DNA of 64,000 nt. Source: a virus. The notes under the pieces are model-generated. The model ran no database searches. It saw only the letters and a list, made by a program, of their open reading frames with translations, and was not told the origin of the DNA. How positions within the stretch are numbered: position 1 is the stretch's first letter; each line of letters begins with the position of its first letter. The position numbers and the translations under genes were made by a program. Shown here piece after piece: positions 57,142 through 64,000 of the stretch. The stretch is taken from positions 14,890 through 78,889 of IMG/VR virus record IMGVR_UViG_3300028131_000005. One strand, written 5' to 3'.

Positions 57142-57627
57142 ATGAACAAAGACCTAATTTACCGAGTACTAGCAATGGTATTAGGTATTGCGTGTCCCTT
57201 GATAATGATTAATTGGTTTCCAGAAGTAACATCACTTAGCGGTTTTTTTGAAACAGAAGCAGTTCCCTTGTTTATTATAATGAATGTGGTTACAGCCTAT
57301 TTCTTTTATCTTTTACCAAATTGGAAAATTTCAGGAGTTTTATTGTTTTTAGTAACTGCAGTTCCAGTACAGTATTATAAACATCTACATGATATTTTAG
57401 CAGTCTTATTTTTTGCATCATGTATCTTTGCTGTTTGGAAATCTAATAGGTACAGATTTCTCATCATTCCATTTATGATTTCAATATCTGTAATACCATT
57501 CAGCCTTTTATGGGCTGAAATATCTGGCATATATTCAATATGTGTTTTTCATACTTTAATGGTTTGGGAGAGAAACAGACTACAGAAAGAGAAAAAAGAA
57601 ATAGAATCTATAATAGAAGATATATAA
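57142..57627 (+). CDS. Multi-pass membrane protein
   Basis: Five to six hydrophobic segments. Confidence 0.6.
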   Translation: MNKDLIYRVLAMVLGIACPLIMINWFPEVTSLSGFFETEAVPLFIIMNVVTAYFFYLLPNWKISGVLLFLVTAVPVQYYKHLHDILAVLFFASCIFAVWKSNRYRFLIIPFMISISVIPFSLLWAEISGIYSICVFHTLMVWERNRLQKEKKEIESIIEDI

Positions 57628-57630
57628 TTA

Positions 57631-58641
57631 ATGAAAAGAATTAAACTCTTTGAAGAGTTCTTGAATGAATTTAAGTATGGAGATAAGTTGTTTGCAGATC
57701 CTGATACTCCGGAGTATGATGAAGGTAAATATAAGAAATGGATATCAGCCAAATATGGTGAATCAGAAACTGATACTCCAGAAGAACGCGAAGCGCTGAC
57801 ACAAATCTGTGATTATGTAGAACATGGTGACAAGTATTCCGCAAAACTGGCTGTAAAATTCATCAGACGACATGGAAAAAATCTAAAGAAGAAATTTGGA
57901 GAGATATTAGACCCTGAATATCAAAGAAAATTAGATACTATTTATAGAGGTGCTACTGGAAATCATGATTATATCGTTAAGGCAATTTGGAATGACAAAG
58001 ACTATCAGAAACGCATAATGCCAGGAGGAGACCTTTATAAATTTATTATGGAGAACCCTATTAATTGGTATTCTAAAATAGATGATTTTAGAAATACACA
58101 AGGAAGTTCAGGAGGCGTTGCCGCAGGTAATTACAATTGGGGAGGTAGTTTCTGGATTGGAATTAATGATGCAGGAGTTCAAACTTCTCAAAACAGTAGT
58201 GGTTTTTTAAGCTTCGCTACAGAATTAAGAGATGCTAGGTCTTTTTCTAGTCCTAAAAAAGCATTCGGAGATCCTGCTAAAAAGAGATGGCCTATAATTT
58301 CAGAAGTCGATTTTAATAAAGTTAGGGAAATAACATACATGAATCCTGAATGGATGAAAAACATCGGAGAGTATGATGAAAATGAAATATGGCTTCTTGG
58401 AAGCTCGTTTGATGCAAAAAGAATATGGGTTAGAAGTCCTTATCAAACAGGTATATGGGGCCCACAACATGCTTATTGGAAATCAGCATATCCAATAGCA
58501 AAGGCACTTTATTTTCAACATATAAATGCAGGTAAATTTGATGAAGCACTTAAAAAAGCTTTAACAAAAGATGGTAAATTATATGCAAAAGGATATCTTA
58601 GCGCAAAGGAAAAATCTTATATATTAACCCCTCCTAAATAA
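57631..58641 (+). CDS. Putative ADP-ribosyltransferase (R-S-E type) with leader
   Basis: IYRG, FLSFAT, ENE in order. Confidence 0.65.
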   Translation: MKRIKLFEEFLNEFKYGDKLFADPDTPEYDEGKYKKWISAKYGESETDTPEEREALTQICDYVEHGDKYSAKLAVKFIRRHGKNLKKKFGEILDPEYQRKLDTIYRGATGNHDYIVKAIWNDKDYQKRIMPGGDLYKFIMENPINWYSKIDDFRNTQGSSGGVAAGNYNWGGSFWIGINDAGVQTSQNSSGFLSFATELRDARSFSSPKKAFGDPAKKRWPIISEVDFNKVREITYMNPEWMKNIGEYDENEIWLLGSSFDAKRIWVRSPYQTGIWGPQHAYWKSAYPIAKALYFQHINAGKFDEALKKALTKDGKLYAKGYLSAKEKSYILTPPK

Positions 58642-58651
58642 AACGTTAGAT

Positions 58652-59659
58652 ATGAAAAGAATTAAGCTTTTTGAAGAGTTTCAGTATGGTAAAAGGTTAT
58701 TTGCAGACCCACAAACCGTTACAAATGCTACAGGCTCCGGTAAAAAATATAGTAGATGGTTAGCTAAAAATGGCGGAGAAGAAGAAGATACTCCCGAAGA
58801 AAGAGAAGCCCTTATGAATATCGCAGGTTATATTGAAGACGATGTTGAGCAATATGGTAAAGAGGCAGCTAAATTTCTTAATAAAAACGGTAAGTCTTTA
58901 AAAAAGAAATATCCTCAAATTTTAAATCCAACATACGATAAATCATACTTTGATGGTTCTACTATTTATAGAGGTTCTTCTATTCCGGTGGAAGAAATTG
59001 TAAAAGCGGCAAATAATGACAAGAAACATCAAAAAAGAATTATGCCAGGAGGAGACGTTTATAACTTCATTATGGATAACCCAAGAGATTGGTTATCAAA
59101 AATAGAAGACTTCATGAATACTCAAGATATTAAAAATGGAGATTATAGCGGTGCAGGTCCTAATTGGATACCTCTTAATGTTTCACAGGAAGTTAAGTCT
59201 CAAAATAAACAGGGTTTTTTATCTTTTACAACATCTCTTAGGCATGCCATGGCATTTGGTTCTGGTCAAGGAGTTATAAAAATGAAAGCAGGCAGATGGA
59301 ACACAATTACAGGAGTAGATTATAAAAAAGTAGAAGATAGAACCTATCTCAATCCAGCATGGACTACTGAAATATCTAGTTGGAGAGAAATGGAAGTATG
59401 GGTTCTTGGTAATTCCATACCGGCTCAAAGAATATGGGTGAAATCTCCATATTCAATAGGCATACATTTTCCAAGAAGTAATAATTACAAATTAGGGCAT
59501 CAGATAGCAAAAGCACTTTATTTTCAACATATAGACCCTGTAAAATTTGAAGAAGCATTGAAATCAAAAAGCATGGGTATTACAACGAATAAGATTGATG
59601 ATGAAAGGTGGTTTAAGGAATTAAAATTAGAATCTTTTATATTAAACCCTCCTAAATAG
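58652..59659 (+). CDS. Putative ADP-ribosyltransferase (paralog 2) with leader
   Basis: IYRG, FLSFTTS, EME; colinear with 57631. Confidence 0.65.
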   Translation: MKRIKLFEEFQYGKRLFADPQTVTNATGSGKKYSRWLAKNGGEEEDTPEEREALMNIAGYIEDDVEQYGKEAAKFLNKNGKSLKKKYPQILNPTYDKSYFDGSTIYRGSSIPVEEIVKAANNDKKHQKRIMPGGDVYNFIMDNPRDWLSKIEDFMNTQDIKNGDYSGAGPNWIPLNVSQEVKSQNKQGFLSFTTSLRHAMAFGSGQGVIKMKAGRWNTITGVDYKKVEDRTYLNPAWTTEISSWREMEVWVLGNSIPAQRIWVKSPYSIGIHFPRSNNYKLGHQIAKALYFQHIDPVKFEEALKSKSMGITTNKIDDERWFKELKLESFILNPPK

Positions 59660-59672
59660 AAATATATAAGTT

Positions 59673-60566
59673 ATGAAGAAGATTAAACTTTTTGAGGAGT
59701 TCTTACTCGAGTTCGATTATGGCAAACAATTATTTGCTGATCCGGATACCGTTGCTGGAACTGATAAATTCAAGAAGAAAGACTACACTAATTGGTTGAA
59801 AAGTATAGGTTCTAAAATTGAACCAGATACTGAAGAAGAGGAAGACATATTGCAAGACTTCATGGACTACTTTGAAAACGGCATAAAGATATGGCAAAGA
59901 CATATCAAGACTCTTATTGGGTTAAAGAAAAAATACCCACAAATGTTAGACCCTCAAGCCTATTTTGATTTTGACACGGCATATAGAGGTGCTTCAATGC
60001 CAATGGAACAATTTATAAGGATAGTAAATAATAATAAGGCATGGAAAACAAACATGATAAACGGTTATCTAAAGAAGTTAAAGGAAACTGACCCGGCATA
60101 CAAACCTGGACTCAGCGACTCTATTAAAACCAAAACAAAAATCAAACAGCAAAACTGGATAAAGAAATTTGTAGATGAAAAAGGTAAGCTGTTGCAAATA
60201 CATGACATAAAAGGAGAAACTTATCAATCTAGAGGCGATAAGGGTTTTATATCTCTTTCAACTAGCCCATTAGATGCAAAGAAATTCATGAAAGAGTATC
60301 AACTTGCACACATTGCAAAGGGAAGAATGCCAGTAGTCATACATGTTGATTATTCAAAAATAGCTAAAAAAGCGTTCATGAATCCTGAGTTTGTAGCAAA
60401 GCTGACAACATGGGAAGAGGACGAGTTTTTAGTAGAAGGTAGCGAATTACCTATCAAAGAAATTACTTTTCTCAATCCACTTACAGCATATTTATTCGAT
60501 GATAAAATTGATAGAGAAACTCAATTAAAAATATATAAAGCGCTTTTTGACTATGAAGAAGATTAA
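59673..60566 (+). CDS. Putative ADP-ribosyltransferase (paralog 3) with leader
   Basis: AYRG, FISLSTS, EDE. Confidence 0.65.
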   Translation: MKKIKLFEEFLLEFDYGKQLFADPDTVAGTDKFKKKDYTNWLKSIGSKIEPDTEEEEDILQDFMDYFENGIKIWQRHIKTLIGLKKKYPQMLDPQAYFDFDTAYRGASMPMEQFIRIVNNNKAWKTNMINGYLKKLKETDPAYKPGLSDSIKTKTKIKQQNWIKKFVDEKGKLLQIHDIKGETYQSRGDKGFISLSTSPLDAKKFMKEYQLAHIAKGRMPVVIHVDYSKIAKKAFMNPEFVAKLTTWEEDEFLVEGSELPIKEITFLNPLTAYLFDDKIDRETQLKIYKALFDYEED

Positions 60567-61011
60567 ACTTTTTGAGCAGTTCTTAAATGAAGCAAAGTAC
60601 AATGCATGGACTATGCCTGATAGAAAGATGCTTGCTCAAGAGTTTAGAGTAGAGCATGAAAAAAAGGGAAGAAGAAACTTTGCAACAGAAGAAGAATTTG
60701 TAGATGCTGTCACCAATGCTGAAATTATTGAAGTTGACAGTAAAATGGATAGAAAAATAGGTAATAGATCTGGAACAAAGGACTTTGATTCTCTACATAG
60801 CCTAATTTCAAATTATGCGTCATATCCTAAATATAGAAATGAAGATACTTTAAAGGACATGTACACAAGATTTGGTAATGGAAAACCAATGGACTATCCT
60901 ATAGTATTTAAAGATGAACATGGTAGAATGACTATATTTAGTGGCAACACCAGAATGGATATAGCATTTCAGATGAATTTTAATCCAAAGGTATTAATGG
61001 TGAATATATAA
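60553..61011 (+). CDS. ParB/Srx-like domain protein with leader (MKKIKLFEQFLNE)
   Basis: YPIVF...IFSGNTRM. Confidence 0.6.
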   Translation: MKKIKLFEQFLNEAKYNAWTMPDRKMLAQEFRVEHEKKGRRNFATEEEFVDAVTNAEIIEVDSKMDRKIGNRSGTKDFDSLHSLISNYASYPKYRNEDTLKDMYTRFGNGKPMDYPIVFKDEHGRMTIFSGNTRMDIAFQMNFNPKVLMVNI

Positions 61012-61014
61012 GAT

Positions 61015-61482
61015 ATGAAACACGTAAAACTATTTGAAGAGCTGATTAATGAGATTGGTGATGCTAGTGCAAAACCATATAAGCATAAACTACAACTAAA
61101 GAATGACTTCCGCGAATATCATGAATTTGAAACTGATTTAGGTACCCCTTATGAAGTCACATTTGACTTTGACGAAGATATGACAAAAAAGGAAATGTGG
61201 ACAGTAGTAGATATTAGTTTTGGTACAATTGAAAATGGAGACCTAAATAATGTTGTTGTAACTAATAAGGGTGAATTGTTTAGAGTAATGGCTACAATAG
61301 TAGATTTGACAAAGAAAGTTCTTAAAAAGAATAAAAATATAAAGTCGCTCTCTTTTACAGGTTCTAAAAACAAGGGAGATAACGATAGAAGACGAAACAA
61401 CATCTATATGGCATATATTAAAAAGCACTTAAAAGCGAAGAATGTAGAAGATGATGGAAATCAAATTATAGTAGACCTATGA
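61015..61482 (+). CDS. Leader-bearing protein (MKHVKLFEELINE), function unknown
   Basis: Leader; AATATATAAGATATG upstream; TNKGELFRVMAT...R.NIY. Confidence 0.6.
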   Translation: MKHVKLFEELINEIGDASAKPYKHKLQLKNDFREYHEFETDLGTPYEVTFDFDEDMTKKEMWTVVDISFGTIENGDLNNVVVTNKGELFRVMATIVDLTKKVLKKNKNIKSLSFTGSKNKGDNDRRRNNIYMAYIKKHLKAKNVEDDGNQIIVDL

Positions 61483-61856
61483 AAAGTATAAAATTATTTG
61501 AGGAATTTATGGAAGAAGGTTTTAGAGATAAACTAAAAGCAAGTAAAGATAAATTAGTTAAAAAGGCTAAAGAATTCGGAAAGGCTTTAAAAGAAGAAGG
61601 TAAAGAAACTAAAGAAGCATTCGATAAAGTCAAAGATTCTATTAAAAAAGGAGAAAAGCTTTCTGCTGAAGATAAGAAGATGATTAAAAAACAAATGGGA
61701 GATGTGTTAAAAACAGCAGGTCTAACAGCAGCTACTTTTTTACCAGGAGGTTTTATATACTTAGCGTTGACTCAAAATAAATACACTAAAGACTACACTT
61801 TACCATCATCATTCAAAGAATCTAACGACGATTCAGATCTAGATTATTTAAAATAA
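61479..61856 (+). CDS. Leader-bearing protein (MKSIKLFEEFMEE) with hydrophobic LPGG segment
   Basis: Leader; QMGDVLKTAGL...FLPGG (weakly LETM1-like). Confidence 0.55.
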   Translation: MKSIKLFEEFMEEGFRDKLKASKDKLVKKAKEFGKALKEEGKETKEAFDKVKDSIKKGEKLSAEDKKMIKKQMGDVLKTAGLTAATFLPGGFIYLALTQNKYTKDYTLPSSFKESNDDSDLDYLK

Positions 61857-61899
61857 TTGAAACAATTTCACTAGTTCGGTATATAAAATATAAAAATAA

Positions 61900-62196
61900 A
61901 TGCCAACCTTTAATAAAACCATATATTTTCCAGGCAAAAAATTTAGAGGAGAAATGTCCCAAACTTGGAAGTCAGACAATATAGTTTATGTAGAATTCGA
62001 AACCGAAGTAAGAGCATATGATGACATCAAATATCCAGGACTTTACGCCAATAAAATAATAGGTAAGATAAATCGAACTAATAACGAAGAAAAGATACAG
62101 TCAGTATGGCAAGGAGATATCTGTGCATGGAGGAGCACATCAAAAGTAGAACTTAAAAGACCAGATCCCACCAAAACAGACGATTTACCATTTTAA
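61900..62196 (+). CDS. Hypothetical protein with SSB-like DDLPF C-terminus
   Basis: ORF after a class II motif. Confidence 0.5.
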   Translation: MPTFNKTIYFPGKKFRGEMSQTWKSDNIVYVEFETEVRAYDDIKYPGLYANKIIGKINRTNNEEKIQSVWQGDICAWRSTSKVELKRPDPTKTDDLPF

Positions 62197-62205
62197 AATA
62201 TAAAT

Positions 62206-63027
62206 ATGCCAGAATTAGCAGAACTCAAATTAACCGCAGATTATATAAATCAAGAAGCAGAAGGTCGAGTCTTTCGTAATATTAGACACAACCCAGAGCA
62301 TAAATGGAAACCTTTAGAGCAGGCTAGTCCTAATTTTAAGATTAGGGCAGAAAGCCGCGGCAAAGAATTAATACTATATATGAATGACTATCCAGTAAAG
62401 ATGACAATGGGTATGTCAGGTTATTTTAGAGCAACTCTAAGTGGAAAGGAATATAAACATTCACACCTTATCTTTGAGTCTTCAGATGGCGTATCGCTAT
62501 CATTTGTTGATATTAGAAGATTTGGTAAATGGTGGCCAGGAAAAGGATGGTCAGAAGACCGAAGTCCAGATCCAACATTAGACTTTGAAGGGTTTGTAAG
62601 AAATATTAGAGAGAATCTACATAAGAAAGCGTTTGATAAGACAATAGCTGAAGTTCTCTTAAATCAAAAATACTTTAATGGTATTGGAAATTACCTAAGA
62701 GCAGAAATAATCTATAGAATTCCAGAATTGAGTCCTTTTATGGAAGCAAGAGAGGCAATAAGAAAATATCCAAAGGTTTTAGAACTTTGTAAATATATGC
62801 CTGAATTGGCTTATGTTAGTGGAGGTGGTAAAATCAAAGACTGGAATCAGACTGTAAATCAACCAACAATGTTCATGCAGTGTTATGGTAATAAAGATAT
62901 GGTTAGAGAAAAAGATGGGACAGGAAGAACTCTTTGGTACAGACCAGAACATCAATGGAAGAAAATAGAAGATGAGAAATGGGACTATTATTCAGGTCTA
63001 CCTAATCCATCTTTTTATCAAAAATAA
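62206..63027 (+). CDS. Fpg/Nei-family DNA glycosylase (endonuclease VIII-like, no zinc finger)
   Basis: MPELAE, RGKEL, GMSG, D.RRFG, LLNQ..FNGIGNYLRAEI (H2TH), GRTLWY. Confidence 0.9.
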   Translation: MPELAELKLTADYINQEAEGRVFRNIRHNPEHKWKPLEQASPNFKIRAESRGKELILYMNDYPVKMTMGMSGYFRATLSGKEYKHSHLIFESSDGVSLSFVDIRRFGKWWPGKGWSEDRSPDPTLDFEGFVRNIRENLHKKAFDKTIAEVLLNQKYFNGIGNYLRAEIIYRIPELSPFMEAREAIRKYPKVLELCKYMPELAYVSGGGKIKDWNQTVNQPTMFMQCYGNKDMVREKDGTGRTLWYRPEHQWKKIEDEKWDYYSGLPNPSFYQK

Positions 63028-63060
63028 GTAAACTTTTTAAGATAAATTTATATAACTAAT

Positions 63061-63282
63061 ATGAAAAAAGAAATAGTACAAAGAGGTGAAAGTTTCGGTC
63101 TTCTTCCTTTTGAATCAACGCTATATAGTACTGACAAAGGCGAAATAAGTTTATTAGCTCCATGTAAAGCTACATTCTACAATTTCGAAATATATTGTAC
63201 TGAAGGTTACTTATTTGATGATATAGAAAGATATAATACACTTGAAGATGCAGAAGCAAGAATAAAAGAATTATTAAATTAA
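63061..63282 (+). CDS. Hypothetical protein
   Basis: ORF after a class II motif. Confidence 0.55.
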   Translation: MKKEIVQRGESFGLLPFESTLYSTDKGEISLLAPCKATFYNFEIYCTEGYLFDDIERYNTLEDAEARIKELLN

Positions 63283-63484
63283 AAACGAACTATGAAATTT
63301 ATGTCAATTGAAATAGTAGGTTATGTATTTGCAGCAACTGCTATTGTATGTTTTTTAGCATATAGAACTTGGTCTAAAAGGGCTAATAGATAATAAAATG
63401 AAACGAATAATTCTCAAAATAGCTCTTTGGTTTTCTTACAAATTTCCAAAAAGAAAGAAGAAAAAGAGCATTTGGGATTTTTAA

Positions 63485-63617
63485 ATCGAGTAGGTGGAAT
63501 GGCATACACACCCCATAGATATATGGGACGGTCTAGGGAGAGGATAGGTTAATATAAGTCGACTTTTAAATATATTAACTAACACCGGCCAAACAGGTTC
63601 GAATCCTGTACTCGGTT
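63485..63617 (+). ncRNA. tRNA-like RNA with non-canonical anticodon arm and ~65-nt variable-region insertion
   Basis: Acceptor ATCGAGT/ACTCGGT, Leu-type D arm GTGGAATGGCATACAC, T arm ACAGG-TTCGAAT-CCTGT, internal 10-bp hairpin. Confidence 0.65.
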
Positions 63618-64000
63618 CTAATATTAACTAATTAAAATAAAAAATATGAAAATTCTTAAACTTTTAACAACTTTCGCTATCCTATTTATAGGTGTCACAT
63701 CTATCATGATGTTAGGAAAGTCAGACCTTGAAAACAATCTTTTAGGCTGGCTTTGGATAATTCCTTCTCAATTAGTTATTGCCCCTGCATATAACTACTT
63801 TAGAGGTATTATTTAGATAAATAAAACATGCAGGATTATACTTTATTCTTAAACTACTTTAACAAGCCGGTAGATTTATTAGAAAAGCAATTAGACTCTA
63901 TCTTAAAACAAACTCATCAGCCTGTATGTGTTATAGCATGTTTCTTAGGAACTCCAGATGGCGAATTGTTGAAATACTATAAAGAGTTTATATCTGAACA

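Noticed and set aside
57631-59659. Diversity-generating retroelement behind the paralogous genes
   Set aside because: No reverse transcriptase and no adenine-specific template/variable repeat pair; ordinary duplication and divergence.
1-64000. Stop-codon reassignment, as in some Bacteroidota phages
   Set aside because: Long genes are intact under the standard code, and TAA, TAG and TGA all end recognisable genes at sensible positions; no suppressor tRNA seen.

Overview
AT-rich, densely coding, almost entirely plus-strand segment of a large lytic tailed phage (T4-like or jumbo type). The host is most likely in the Bacteroidota, judged from type IX secretion (T9SS)-like C-terminal domains, A-rich translation starts without Shine-Dalgarno sites and TAnnTTTR-like promoters. 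The window encodes baseplate/tail chaperones and a tape-measure-like protein, an ATP-dependent DNA ligase, a PRPP-synthetase-like plus NAMPT-like pair (NARP1-type NAD+ reconstitution), guanylate kinase, an ECF sigma factor, sulfotransferases and glycosyltransferases, an endolysin, a CCA-adding enzyme, a Pth2-like hydrolase, a Nei-like glycosylase, four tRNAs and one aberrant tRNA-like RNA. The strongest unexplained signal is a putative virion cargo-loading system. About 15 otherwise unrelated proteins share a short N-terminal leader (M-K-x-(I/V/L)-(K/V)-L-F-E-(E/Q)-F-(L/V/I)-x-E) resembling the T4 capsid-targeting sequence. Eight of them sit directly behind the same RATATATAA-NNN-ATG motif. 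Two large proteins are strings of unrelated modules separated by repeated E-S-(x)-V-N-E linkers that look like prohead-protease sites. The cargoes include three tandem R-STS-ExE ADP-ribosyltransferases, GNAT-like and ParB-like domains and the CCA enzyme. Three distinct promoter-like motif classes are visible and suggest a transcription cascade. All family calls come from motif recognition by eye; no database search was run.
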